From the NCBI GenBank assembly GCA_024704765.1, contig JAKMXF010000028.1, positions 1 through 64,000 of the forward strand: 64,000 bases of DNA, in the 5' to 3' direction. Below, in pieces: positions 34,653 to 47,683 of the stretch. The notes below the pieces were generated by a model. The model saw nothing but the letters and a program-made list of their open reading frames with translations. It searched no databases and had not been told where the DNA came from. How positions within the stretch are numbered: the first letter of the stretch is position 1; each line of letters begins with the position of its first letter. Position numbers and translations under genes: made by a program. Source of the stretch: Oopsacas minuta. Its lineage: Eukaryota > Animalia > Porifera.

Positions 34653-35918
34653 CTACCGACACTCCCAGATTTTAGCAGAATAGTCCACACTTCCGGTTAG
34701 AACAAACGGGTTTTTATGATGGCAATCTATACAACTGACGAAATGGTCGTGAGCTTGGAGAGATTTGTGAATTCTCTGGTTTTTATAATCCCAGATTTTT
34801 AACGTCTTGTCATCAGAAACACTCAGAATATATTTCCCGCCTGGATGGAACTTTAACCCGCGAATCCAATCGTCATGTCCTCTAAGTTCGCATAGACAGA
34901 GTCCAGTAGCGATGTCCCACATCCGGATACTCTTGTCTCTAGACCCAGATATTAGGAATCTACTTGGTTTACCTTTCTTAGCCGGTGTAGAATCAATTTT
35001 AATCAAATCAGACTCCTTTTGATGACATAAATTTACAGAAATTGAATGGAACGCAGTTTCTGGAGCCCACTCTAGACACTCGATGACGTGATCGTGTCCT
35101 GTGAACTCGTTCACACACTCAGCTGTAGATATGAGCCAAATTCTAACAGTCTTATCATCAGAACAACTGGCAATGTACTGACCGTCCGGACTGACTTTAA
35201 CACAGCGAACCCATTCTTTATGAGCACGAATAGTCTTGTGACAATACCCAGAGGATAAGTCCCAGAATTTAATACAGGTATCACGGGAGGCAGACACTAG
35301 CAAGCCAGTTGGTGTGTAGCATAGCGAGTGTATACTGTGTTCATGACCCTGCAGAGTCTTTGTACATTGTAAAGCTGATATATCCCATAGTTTAATGCTC
35401 ATATCATTTGAACAGGAAGCAAGAGATTTACCACTAGGATCAAAAGCTACATCCTGCACACTGTCAGTGTGTCCCTTCAGTGTCCCATTGAGCTCTCCAG
35501 ATTCTGAGTCCCATAGTTTTATCTGAGCATCATCAGATCCAGTTGCTACTAGTTGGTATATAGGATGGAATCTAACTGAGTTTATTACATTACGATGTCC
35601 AAACAAGGAAATTTTCTCTGGAGGTCGTGGTATCCATTCTGAAGGGTCTAGCTTTTTCCGTGAGGGCATATACTGGTCACTGGAGATTTCTTTCAATCTT
35701 TTTGTTAATTCTTCATTCTTGAGTGTCAATCTAACTACTGCGACCCATTTCTTCTCGAGGACTCCTTTCGTCGCGGAAGTAGAGTTATTGTTTTGTAAAC
35801 CAACTTCTCTTGTGAATACCTCGTAAGTGTCATTCAGGCCTTGTGATTTAAAATATTCTGCTAGTGCTGCGTGAAGTTCCTCTCGTTGTTTGTTGGATAA
35901 AAGAGATTTATCTACCAT
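34653..35918 (-). CDS. LIS1: Lissencephaly-1 homolog (LisH, coiled coil, WD40), intronless CDS
   Basis: LSNKQREELHAALAEYF, GVLEKKWVAVVRL, EWIPRPPEK, GHTDSVQDVAFD, GHDDWIRG, TGSVDYSAKIWECR. Confidence 0.96.
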   Translation of the reverse strand: MVDKSLLSNKQREELHAALAEYFKSQGLNDTYEVFTREVGLQNNNSTSATKGVLEKKWVAVVRLTLKNEELTKRLKEISSDQYMPSRKKLDPSEWIPRPPEKISLFGHRNVINSVRFHPIYQLVATGSDDAQIKLWDSESGELNGTLKGHTDSVQDVAFDPSGKSLASCSNDMSIKLWDISALQCTKTLQGHEHSIHSLCYTPTGLLVSASRDTCIKFWDLSSGYCHKTIRAHKEWVRCVKVSPDGQYIASCSDDKTVRIWLISTAECVNEFTGHDHVIECLEWAPETAFHSISVNLCHQKESDLIKIDSTPAKKGKPSRFLISGSRDKSIRMWDIATGLCLCELRGHDDWIRGLKFHPGGKYILSVSDDKTLKIWDYKNQRIHKSLQAHDHFVSCIDCHHKNPFVLTGSVDYSAKIWECR

Positions 35919-37335
35919 GATACTCTATGTTAGAGAAGGAATTGATAGAATTAGAATTCTCTAGGACTAATAGGATTTAATATAACAGTAATTATTACTA
36001 ATAGATAAAGTAAAGTGAACAAAATTGGAGTTGAGTTGTATTAAATCTAATAGGAGATACAGTATAATCTCCCAAAGTTGGGTATCCGGGATGCATTTTG
36101 CAGGACTCTGACTTCACCCACTTTTGACTTAAACGAATTTTACTACTACTTTCGCCTATTTTAATGAGATTTGTCTTTCATATGTATAATTATTATTTAG
36201 GCTGTATACTCCTGGGACTTCATTGTATATTAATCCTAGCTATGAGAAATAAACCACAGTTGGGGCATTCTTTCTGCTATGCTCTTCAATATATATCTTT
36301 CCTTCATACCATTTTTGGAGGTATCCTACCTTAAAATGTCCCAGAACGGCAGGTTCTAATTCAATTTTACCCCACTTTTGGGAATTTCTACTACAATTTT
36401 TGTATACATTTTAATTCAAAAATTGCCTTCGGTTCAACTCAAACCCCACTTCCAACAAAAGCCTCACTAAATGGCACACATAAATCCAATCAAGTGGATA
36501 GAAACAGTTATTTGAAAGAAAGGTTATTAATCGAGCGAATTAATCAATTGTTCTTGGAGTAATCGAATATTTAACAGAATGAAAACATTTATATGAACAC
36601 GAGCCGCTTCTCTTGCTCGCGCTGTGCGGCTTGCGAACACTATGTGTTGGCACTTTATGGCTCGAATTCTTTCATAAGTACAACTGGTATTTACACACGA
36701 GCACCTTGAAATTGCCCAATTCGGAATCAGCCTACTCGATTACCCTGGTATAACAGTTGGAACCAAGTTTCTAATACTATTTAGAATTTCTTTACTATAA
36801 GTGAACCTAAACAACAACAAATATTCACAATACGTTGTCAATATCATATTTCGATTCAGTGTGCTTCTTTTGCCTAGAATAACCGTCGAAACTAATTTCC
36901 GCAACTATTTAGAAATTTGTTTGCCAGTTTCTCATCAAAAATAAAAATATGAAATTCTGATACAGCGTACTCTGTTACCCCATTTGTAGCCGTTAAGAGC
37001 AAGTCTCTACCAGCGCTGGACACAATTGAATTCTGCACTGTACATTTAGATGTCGAAATGCCAATTCTCACGCCTTTTGAGAAGAAATCTCACGGATTGA
37101 CGAGATGCCAGGTTGGCAACTATGGATCAGTTGTTTAAATACTAAATAAATATTAAGAAATAAATAAACATAGAATGGTGATACAACTAGGTATTAGACG
37201 ATCCAAAATTAAGGATATAGATTTAGATCCCATCCCGATCTTGAATGAAATTGTAATCGACGTTCACGTATCCGATCCAAAATTCTAAAAGGATTTATGA
37301 TCCTATTTACGAACCTCTAATTGATGATCCATTTT

Positions 37336-37519
37336 CATACTTGCCAACCTGAGTGAAGAAAAAAGCGGGACGGAGAGTACTAATTTAGCGGGACACCGTG
37401 GAACGTAGTTTATTTACATTAGACTGGACTACAAATAGCGGGACAATAGCCTCATTGGCCCTCTTTACATTTCCGAAAAAGAGGGACGTCAGCCAAAAAC
37501 GGGACAGTTGGCAAGTATG
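37336..37519. mobile_element. 184-bp MITE
   Basis: Perfect 13-bp TIR CATACTTGCCAAC / GTTGGCAAGTATG, internal GCGGGAC repeats, CATTTT on both flanks. Confidence 0.65.
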
Positions 37520-37763
37520 CATTTTTCGAAATACATTGAAAAATTTGATTCTATAGCTGGATGTTTAGACTGCATGATATAATAATCTACAAGTGTGCTT
37601 CGTTTGCTGAATGACAGCTTAGTGCCTCAGGTTAGCTTAAGTATTAAACAGCTAAATTTCTTAGTGCTATTGGTCGCGCGAAACATATACTCGGACATTA
37701 CCCGGACTACGTGCATAGAATAAAGAAATCGCGGAAATTTTAAGAGATAATATAGAGGGAGCT

Positions 37764-37814
37764 CAAGCTCTACTAGAGCACAAGCTCTACTAGAGCACAA
37801 GCTCTACTCGAGCA
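37764..37814. repeat. 17-bp tandem triplication of a hairpin-forming motif
   Basis: CAAGCTCTACT(A/C)GAGCA x3; related motif at ~45455 and inverted at ~45570. Confidence 0.8.
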
Positions 37815-38149
37815 CAGTTTCGCTCATATTTGTGGAATGTATAATGAAATCACAGATAATTTCATGAATCAAGATCAAATCATATTGTGAATATTTGTTT
37901 ACTTTTAGGTACATAAAGTAAATAAATTTCAAAATTGAGGTAGAATCATACTTTCGACAACTATGCTGGGGTAATCGAGGATGCTGAATCTGAATGTTGT
38001 AAACAACATCAATTTTATCAAATCTCCGTTGTTCTTTGTCTGTTTGTTTGTCCGTTGAATACCTCGAGGCACAATGCGCCGAGTTCATCGCGAAGCAACG
38101 AGCCAAAGGCTCGTATATATATACACGTTTGTATGTCCAGAATTGATTG

Positions 38150-38460
38150 AAGAAACTTGAAGACCCCCAGGGCTGATTTTTGGAATACAGTGGTATTTTG
38201 GGCTTGGCTCGGACATTTTCGAGTCTTGGAAGAAAATTCACACCTATGACGAAATTATGATGTCATTATCACTTTTAGATTTTCGAAAATCACATTATTA
38301 ACCACTGCTCAGCCAATATACATGATAGAAGTTTGAAATTTGATTCACAGCTATCCCTCAATGTGACAAAATGTCCTGACCTAAGGATTCTGAACATAAG
38401 CTAACTCATGGGATTATTACGTCATCATGACTATACCAAAAAATCTAAATTTTCTAAATT
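38150..38460 (-). repeat. Partial copy of family X
   Basis: Reverse complement of 19600-19930 (GGGCCTGGCTCGGAC..., ATTGGCTGAGCAGTGG...). Confidence 0.65.
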
Positions 38461-38779
38461 TTCTAATACAGCCGAACCTCCAAGATACGGACACCCATTT
38501 TGTTTCAAATAACAATCATATCCCAACTTTATATAATTTAACCCTGTAACAAAGATGACTTGGCGGTAATTAATGTCAAACGCATTTCTAACCTGGTAGT
38601 CCATCCCAAATGTAATTCCCATATACATTTATTGGACGTATTGTCCAAATAGTTTGTGCGAATATGAAATAAGATGTGGATTTAATGTTTGAGAAATTGA
38701 CGAATTGATAATTGGGTATATGTTCTTTCCACGGCGGCCCTATTTCTGCACCTGTTGTCGAGTAGCAAGTGCTCGATAT

Positions 38780-39850
38780 CAATGTCACCTAAAGACTCCA
38801 GCCACTCCAGTGGACCTAAAGCTTCATCTGCCTCTGAAGGTGTCAGTAAGCTTTGAATTTGTTCATCATCTGAGTCAGGATCAACTTCTGTTACAGTTCT
38901 CTCGTTTTGAAATTGGGAAACAATTTCTTCATCAGTTATGATTTCATATCTCGGATCAACATACCAATCTTCTGTTTCTTAAGAACCCAATTATGGTATC
39001 CTTCAGAAAATGAGCAGATTCAGTGTCTGATTCTATATCCATTGTAACCATCATATGATCATCTGGTTTGAGTAAGTTAGTCCAACCCTTTGATAAACAA
39101 TCAGTGGATGTTTCACTCCATGCCTGTGCTGCCCAATAGACAGCCTGTTTTATCGTTAGCTCTTTTAAAACTGCAGGAATAGATTGATGTAATGTTTTTC
39201 TTCAAGAATGAGGTGACGCAAAAGCAATTATTTGTATCTCCTCTTAACTGATTCTAAAATGCCTTGATCCATAGGTTGTACGAGAGATGTCGTGTTGGAA
39301 GGTAAAAACATGGTAGTTACGGTCCTATCTTGAGACTGTAGTTTATCATCAGAGGGTTATGCGGGTGCGAAGCAATGAACAGGAAGACTTTCCATGTTCA
39401 TGTGCTTTTAACATCGAGGGTTACTACTCTTGTGGATAAATATCAAAAGGAAACGACAACTTCCAGAGGAATTAGCACATGCAAGTATGGTTACCCTATC
39501 CTTCGAGTGCTTAAAATTATTTCTTTCATCAACTGAAACTAGCGACCTTAAGGGCAACATTCGCCACCACAAATCAGTTTCTTCTAGGTTAAAATTTGAA
39601 TTTTAGTGTATCCTCTTGTTTCGATTCACATTTAAATGGTTGAATAGCTGAGGTATTGGCTGCCAGTGATCTCCTTGAAGTTGAACTGCACGTATACCAT
39701 AGCTCCTACAGAACTTGTGTTACCAACCAGAGCTACCCTTGAATGTCCCAACCTCATGATGGGGGTAAAGCGGTGGAAAAAAATTGTAGTGCTTACTTCT
39801 GAAGTAAGGGCCATGATACTCGTGCACCATTGGAGCGTTGCTGAAGAACC
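38780..39850 (-). pseudogene. Degraded pogo/Tigger (CENP-B-like, DDE_1) transposase
   Basis: Fragments FKGSSGW*HKFCRSYGIR, NLEETDLWWRMLP, KDRVTILACANSSG, FLPSNTTSLVQPMDQGILESVKRRY, TIKQAVYWAAQAWSE; several stops and frameshifts. Confidence 0.85.
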
Positions 39851-40529
39851 CTATCTTTTCCCTAGGGTGCAGTTACCATGAATATTTAGTTCTAATTAGA
39901 TTAAGAAGGTATATGATATATGAAGTGAAAAATTGTTATATATAGTATCAGCATTCTAGTGCCCGTATCTCAAATGTTAGTGCCTGTATCTTGGAAATTT
40001 AGTGTCCGTATTCACGAGTTTAGCAGGAGCATGCCCAGTGACTGATGAATAAATTTTTAGTTGGGTAGAACCATCCAGCTGGCAGTGGCGTCGTGTGGCT
40101 TTGATATATGGGAGGCACAATTTAATCTGGTTCTCAACAAGTTCTAGATGTTTGCCACCAGAATTTGTGAATTTGTGCACGCCAGATTTCAAAGTCTATG
40201 GGCGTTGTAAACAATCAGTAATGTCTAGGAGCGAAACAATTGAAAGAAATAACGTTTGGTCTGCAATCGCTCCAGAAAGTTGTTTTTTTCTGGTCATTTG
40301 GAGTAATGAAGTGTAGCTCGAAGAATATTTGGGGGGGCCCCAGTCACATATGCACGACGCCACTGAAGCTGAGGGTCTAGCGTGCTGTAGGTCTTCCAGT
40401 CGTGCCGGGCGTAGCCCTTCAAAAAGCTATAAGAGCTAACAAATTAATTACTTTGTACTAGGTTTGAATCTTGAAACAATTTCTCATAACCGCGTAATAC
40501 ACATTTGGTTTGATTATTTTCCGATTCAA

Positions 40530-40800
40530 TTGTTAAAAGTGATGACGTCAAGACAATTGTCACATTGTGGGATACCTGTATTTAAATTTCAACCATCTAT
40601 CATGTACATTGGCTGAGCAGTAGCTAATGTGATTTTCAAAATTCTAAAAATGTGACAATGACGTCATAATTTCGTCATAGGTGTGAATTTTCGTCCAAGA
40701 CTCGAACTTGTCCGAGCCAGGCCCAAAATGCCCCTATATGCCAAAAATCAGCCCTGGGGGGTCTTCCAGTTCTTTAATTAATCCTGGGCATACAAACAAA
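40530..40800 (+). repeat. Partial copy of family X
   Basis: Direct match to 19660-19930. Confidence 0.65.
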
Positions 40801-40981
40801 TATATAGGAAATTATATCTAGGACCCTATATTTAGTGTATTTTAAAAACTTACACGTTATTTTTTTATAAGGAACACCTTTATAAGGAACTCCAGGCTGA
40901 GAATTGGCAAAAAATTCAGGAACTCTTAGGAACTGCACAGCCTGAGATTATAATACCATAAATAATATACCTATCATAGTA

Positions 40982-41400
40982 TCATTTATTAATTTCTATA
41001 TCTTTCTTTGATATATAACCAATTGTATCATCTTTAAATACTACTTTAAACTCATCAAGCCTACTGTTAAAATATTGGATCTTTCCAATAAACCACCCAT
41101 TTCCATATAACCCTTTAACTTGTTTTCCAACGAGTTCATGGTGAAAAATCCTATCAGCTATATTGTCCTCAAATTCTTCAGGCTCATCATCATCAATTAG
41201 AAGACTTTCGTTCTCGTGAATCAACGTTCGAAACATGTTCGATTTCAGCTATACTACTAGTAAGCGGGACGTTGTTTATTTCGACACTGGTACTTTCTGA
41301 AATGTTACCGTGTTTACATTTTAGGTGTACCGTCAATCCTTGTTGATTTTGAATTTGTCATCACAGTGGGGGCATTCCAATTCGGGCTGTTCTGAAATGT
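40982..41400 (-). pseudogene. Frameshifted remnant with a C2H2 zinc finger and a Tudor-like C-terminal segment, probably transposon-derived
   Basis: CPHCDDKFK..QGLTVHLKCKH needs one base restored in an A-run; then LVGKQVKGLYGNGWFIGKIQYFNSRLDEFKVVFKD. Confidence 0.45.
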
Positions 41401-42425
41401 CAGGTAGAATGATTTCCTTCCATACCCCACGGTGGCTAACGCGATATATACATCCAAAACTGCCAAGTGTTGGCTCTCTGTTAGCACACATGTAAAAGCT
41501 AAATACACACGTTACAATGTTAAAATGTTAATAGCCAGTTAATTAAGTAATAGAATACGTAGGCACCTTCTTATTAAGCAATATTTCGAGCCCAAGAAAA
41601 TAAGGAACCGATAAGGAACTTTCATTTTAAATTTGCATTAGTAAACATAGGGTCCTGGAGCGAATACTTAGACTAGCACCTTAGGGTCCTATGATAAAAT
41701 TTCGAGCTGGGACCCTAGGGTCCCAGAAATAGAGGTTCTAAGAATTACTCCTCTATATTTTGTATTTACATCTAGTCGACTCTCGTTAATATGAACACGG
41801 ATAAGGACTACAAATTTTGATCCCCTGGCCTAAAATATGGCCAACTGTATACAAACGAACTCCGGTTAACAAGAACATGAATAATACGAAATATCGGATA
41901 AGAGGTACGGTTGTCGTCCTTCAGTGCGTTTTCAACACTAAACACATCGGATAATACGAAGAGGGTATATGGGATAATGAGTTTCTCTATTTAACAATTA
42001 CAATTTTCGACTGCTATTTAGTTATTACTATGTATAGTATTTTGGACAAATTTGGCTATACTTCGGTTAATACGTACTCCGGTTAAGGAATACAAATCTC
42101 CACGGTTAAATCTGTACTAATCTGTACTACCGCGGTTCGCTTGCTAGGTCGCTGCTCGACAACTTAGTCTCCAAGTTAGCTTATGTATTAATTAAACAGC
42201 TAAATTTTATAGTGTTATTGGTCGCTAAACGACAGAATATACTCTACAGTATGTGCCTCGAATTTACAGAATGGCTAAAATTTAATTATCCATGGCCCAC
42301 CAAAATTACATTTAATGGCCTTTTGTGGTGATATTGGAGCTTCTACGTCGCTTTTGGATAGTAATCCGTGCAATTCGTGCCTCGATTACAGTCGAACCTC
42401 CGATATCCGGGCAGTGTGGGACCGG

Positions 42426-45400
42426 TGTGGTAGTGTCATGTGTCCTCCCTAAATTCTGTCCCCCCGGACTAGTGGCACTAGGGCAAGGAGTCCCGCGGAC
42501 GAATGGCACTAGTGTGGAGTGTCCCCCCGGACCTCTGACACTTGGGTAAGTAGTCCCCACTTTGGGTCAGATGTCCCCCAGCGGACCTCTGGCACTAGTG
42601 CGGATTTATCCAAAGATATTATCTACTTTCTAAATACCTTTGTATTGTACTAGTGAAACCTATTTCAAATTCAAATATTTCTACTCAGTTTGCTACTACG
42701 ATCTTTCTCTGCCATCTCTTCGTGCACTTTCGACGTGGCTTTTTTGAAGAAAGGAACAGAGTCATGTTCAATTGTTCTAGACAGCTGTGCAGATGTATCC
42801 TCATCTGAGTTTGATCAAAGGAGCACGTATGAGGGTCAATGCCTTGGCATAGTGCTGTAGCAAAGGCTATAGAAAATAGTCCACAATCTGTTCCCCCTGA
42901 TTGTCTTTGAGTTTCAACAAATGTAGTTCAAAACTGCGTTCAATTGTTTTAATTATTGAGGCCACTTGTTTTCTCAAAGATAACGAACCCAGAGAACATG
43001 CTGGAATGCTATCATAAACATCCACAATTCCAGGTAGACAATTAAAGCTTGAGACACAGACCCAGTGTGTCCTACCTAAGTTGACAATCTGGACAAATGA
43101 GATTGAAGTTGATTTATATGAAAGCTTTTCTGCAAGCATGAGGGGATCTTCAAGCCCATTTGTAAGTGGGTGCTGGTTTTTCAACAATTTTTGAGCCGCA
43201 ACAATGTGTTTATCTGTCAGCCAAAGTCCATTTAGTATTTCTAGCTCATCAGTTGGGCTGAGATACAGATTGTGCACCCAGAATGGAGATGGTGATGGAG
43301 GACTTGAAGATATTGTACCGTTTATTGACTCCTATTAAAGAAGGTAGAATTTATTCGTGTAAGGGGGACTATCAGGTGATTTTATGAAATTGTGTATATT
43401 CTAACGGATAATTTCTCGATTTAGAGTTCAGAATGAAAATTTTAAACTAAAGAGAAGCTACACAAACCATTTTGTATCAACCATGATTATTGAGGTTGAA
43501 TTGTTTGCGTTGATTGTCCTAAATTTATATAGAATGATTACTTACGTTGTCTTTTCTGTCAACAGAAATGACAAGTTCTTCTTTCGGTTCCTTCTCACAC
43601 AGTTCGTTTTCAGACTCTACAATTCCAGTTTGCATCGCTCTTTGTTTTGAATATCTGTAGCCTGATACATGATTCGATCTGATTTGAAATTTCTTCTTGC
43701 AGTACAACTTTAGACGGGAGATATTCTGAGTTTTTTGAGGAGAATTCCGGTTACACAATTGCGAAGCTTGTAAACTCCCTTCCCAATATCTTGAAAAATT
43801 TCATATGGTCCAAGATACCGCATTCGAAATTTATCACCCTTTCTTCCATCCTTAGCACTATTTCGAAGGAGAACTAGTGTACCTGGTTTAAAATTCTAGA
43901 GCAAAACATATAAACTGGTATGTAAATACTAAATAATTCTTAAGAAGACTTACTTTAGATTGCTTTTGTTTTTTATCATACTCATTCTTCTGTTTTTCCT
44001 GTCCCTCCTGGATATTCTTATCAACCTTTCCATAAAGCGACTTCTTTATGTTATTCATCTGGCAAATAAATGCATCTATGTTAGGGTCCGCAGGGATATT
44101 TAGATATTCAGGCATAAAATCCATCTCAATCGGCAGGATAGCTTCACTGTAGAATGTAATCGAGTTAAAAATTCTAGCATAGAACAGTTACAAATATCTC
44201 ACCGAAGGTACATTATTTCGAAAGGCGATTTTTTTGTTGTCTTTTGTACAGATGTTCTATATGCAAATAGAACTCCATCAATGTACATATCCCAATTATC
44301 TTGTTCTTTTATTACAAGCTTTAGGAGAGCGTGTTGAATGGTCTGGTTAAATCGCTCAACTAAACCATTTGTTTGAGGGTGGTAGGCGGTAGAAATTCTA
44401 TGAGTTGTTTTAGTTAGATCAAATAGCTCTTGATTCACTTTGTTAACGAATTCTCTACCCTGATCGCTGATAACTACCTGAGTGCATCCAAACCGGCACA
44501 TAGTCTTATAAAGAAAGAGAGCAACACCTTTAGCACTCTTATCTGGTAATGCATCTGCTTCTGGCCACTTTGAGAAGTAATCAACCAGGGTAATAATGTA
44601 TTTATTACCTCTTGGTGTCATTGTAAGTGGTCCAATCAAATCAACTCCCACCTATAAAAGTTAAAAAGACATCGATGTAAAATTAGAACGGTGCGAATGA
44701 AAATCGACAGAAGAACGTACCATTTTCCATACCTCTGGATCAACTTTTATCGGATGTAAGGGAGCTTTAGCCTTTATAAAATTTCCAGATTCATTCACTC
44801 TCTGACAAATGTCGCAAGCTGCAACATATTTACGTACATCATTGTACATATTAGGCCAGTAAAAACGGGCTGCAACTTTTTCGTACGTTTTGTCTCGCCC
44901 AAAATGTCCACCTAGATAATTTTAAACTGTAAAAGAAATTACTTCTATGGAAGAAATTATAGTTCTATTACATTGTTGTAAATGAATTACTAATATACTC
45001 ACCAAAGTCACTGGAATGGCAAGATTCTAAAACCCTTTCTCCCTCATCGCATGAACGTACAACGGTTCTCCATGTTCTATCTAATGGGTTGGCTGATTTT
45101 AGTGCTTTCGTAGTGCTAACTGCAGAGTAGTGCAACAGGCCATCAGCTGTGAAGAAATGTTCATAACTTTTCCGACGAATAATTCGGCGTTCGTTTTTGG
45201 AAGAATTTAAAGGATAGCGTTTAAAAGCTGAATATTCGTATATCTGATCATACAAAACTTCAAACATATTGTAGATAATCAAATGCAAGAAAATTGAGAA
45301 ATTACAGTATAACTTCAAATGTATACTAATATATACTACAACCAATGAGTTTTTGAATGTTATCGTAAGTTCCAATATAAATTTGTCACGTAAATCACTC

Positions 45401-45805
45401 TGTGGTATTTGCAACATCTACAAGTATAATAAAGTAGAGGTTACTTATATATAGCTCAGCTCTACTAGAGCACAGTTTTTTCTCTATTGAATTTTTATTG
45501 GTTTTGAACTAACACCTCCCGACTTTGATTAACACCTGCCGGTTTTCTGATTTTCTATTAGACAAAAAACTGTGCTCTACTATAGCTCAGCTTTATATAA
45601 GTACTCCCAATAAAGTATCACTTGTATTTACTAATTTGGTATTTTCTACATACAACCCGAGGACTACTAACCCTAGTGCCGGAAGGGGACTTCTGACCCA
45701 AAAGGAGGACTACTGACCCTAGTGCCAGAGGTCCGGGGGACATATCACCCTAGTGCCACAAGTCCGGGGGGACAGCTCACCCGGGGGACCACTGCCCCTC
45801 TGACA
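42426..45805 (-). mobile_element. Ginger1-type DNA transposon (Gypsy-integrase-derived), 3380 bp
   Basis: TGT...ACA termini, CCGG on both flanks, GC-rich imperfect TIRs with TGTCCCCCCGGAC/GGCACTAGGG subrepeats; no LTR, gag, RT or RNase H. Confidence 0.85.
42685..45267 (-). pseudogene. Ginger transposase: HHCC zinc finger, DDE integrase, GPY motif, Ulp1/C48-like protease; 6 exons, 2 frameshifts
   Basis: Exons 45267-45003, 44911-44721, 44651-44203, 44146-43954, 43895-43546, 43331-42685 with GT-AG junctions. Motifs SCH..GHFG..CDICQ, GVDLIGP, SDQGREF, NGLVERFN, YLGPYEI, THW, VYDS, QRQSGGTDCG. Frameshifts near 43735 and 42920. Confidence 0.85.
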
Positions 45806-46886
45806 CCGGATCTTGGAAATACCAATATCTCCAGGTATTGCCGGAGTCAGGGACACGTCGCCACGGGGGTGCATGCCACCTAACCCCTTGGCTTAAATTG
45901 CAAACTGGAAATTTCGGCTCGCTTCGCTCGCATCCTACCCTCAATATTATGTAATCTCACCCAAAAATAAGGGATATAGCTTGTATTGATCTACCGAATT
46001 AGGTAACATTTTCTTGGGTTATACTCTGAGCAAATGCAGTGTTTCCCCAGGCCGTTTTGGCGTAACTGAATGGTGGAAACTGGTGGACAACTACTTGACT
46101 GAATGGTGGAAAACGGTGGAAAATAGGCTGAATTATAGAAAATGGTGGAAAATGGAACCATCTTTATATTAATTTATACGAGCCTTTGGCTTGTCGCTTC
46201 GCGATGAACTCGACACATTGCTCCTCAAGGTATTCAACGGACAAACAAACAGACAAACAACAATTGAGATTTAATAATATAGTTCTGTTACAAATACTTC
46301 AATTATAGAATTCTATTGACATAATTATGACAAAGATTTGCTTTAAAAGTACTCCGAATATACTCCTTTAGAGTATCCTCTGACCCAAATGGGGGGATAT
46401 GTATGCAGCATCCCCTCACCCCAAAAGTGGGGGATGATTGTATGGAGCACCCCCCATCCCCCCGGGATTTACGCCCCATGCCTGCAGCGACCTAGCAAGC
46501 GAAGCGCGTTGGTACAGATTAATTGTGTTTTAAATAAACAGGGATCTAGAATTCGATTTTAACATCTTAAGTAATTCCTTAATTATCTTTGTGTTCACAT
46601 GTTAAACACAAGTTCCAATCCATATATAAGCTAGATATACATCATTTACAAGTCCGAATTTGTCTGTTTAGTACCATTTAGTACAGCCAGTGGCGTATCC
46701 AGAGGAGGAATTTGGGTGTTCAAACATTCCCTCATAACTGGTTTCCAAAAGGGATGTGTTGTTATTTATAATTCGATTTTCCTTAATAAGCGCATAGCTT
46801 TTGGAATCTTATTTCCAGAATGCTATCCTATTTTCACAATTATTTTTCAACGTGTTTCCCGGACGATATCCCAGAAGACTCCAGAT

Positions 46887-47506
46887 CAGGGCCGTAGCCA
46901 GAGCATAGCGTTAGGAGGGGCTAAGTAAACTTTGGGGAAGGCTTGGATACTTAAGATTTTTATATCTATTTTTTGGGGTAGGCCCATACCCAAACTCCCA
47001 AGCTACTTTGGGGGAAGGTAAAATTACTTAGTTCATAAATATTAAAACAACTCTGGCATTCTATAGTTTCGCTTAGTAATCGCGTACATTGTGACATTCC
47101 AATGAACTACAAATCTATTTAATCTCATAAATTTAAATAATATCTAAAATAAACGAAGTCTTCTAACCTTCTTCCTAGAATGGTGATTATAGCTATGAGG
47201 AATGATTTCACTATTCGCATATAAAATGTAATCAAACTGGAAGGAATATATGTTGTGGTCATATAAAAACAAAAAATACAATTTCAATGGTCGCTGTAAA
47301 AGCATCCATATAATTAAGTATATTCACCAGCAAGAGAAATTAGATAACTAAAATGTATAGTCAATTTGACATATTCACAAAGATTTCCTTGATTTAACTA
47401 ATATTTAAGATCTAAGATAGTAAAGATCAATATAGCTTAGCAAAAATTTACGAGGTGGTTATATTTGCTAGGGGGAGCTCAGCCCCCCCCCCTAGCTACG
47501 GCCCTG
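46887..47506. mobile_element. 620-bp hAT-type MITE
   Basis: TIR CAGGGCCGTAGC / GCTACGGCCCTG, perfect 8-bp TSD CTCCAGAT, empty site in right arm near 59070. Confidence 0.93.
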
Positions 47507-47683
47507 CTCCAGATAACTAATGTATTAGCAGACTATGATTTTGGGGAGGAGATCAAACTAAAAAGCAAACCAAATAATTCAGTGTTATACGGACAAAAAT
47601 CACCAAAATATTTAGCCCGGCAGGATCGATTACTAGTGCCATTACACACAAATTTAATTAATTGAAAAAGCTGTCTGCACAGG

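Noticed and set aside
37804-38241. 145-aa ORF
   Set aside because: It runs across dispersed-repeat fragments and has no protein motif.
42426-45805. Gypsy LTR retrotransposon
   Set aside because: No LTRs, gag, RT or RNase H; it has introns, inverted termini and a 4-bp TSD.
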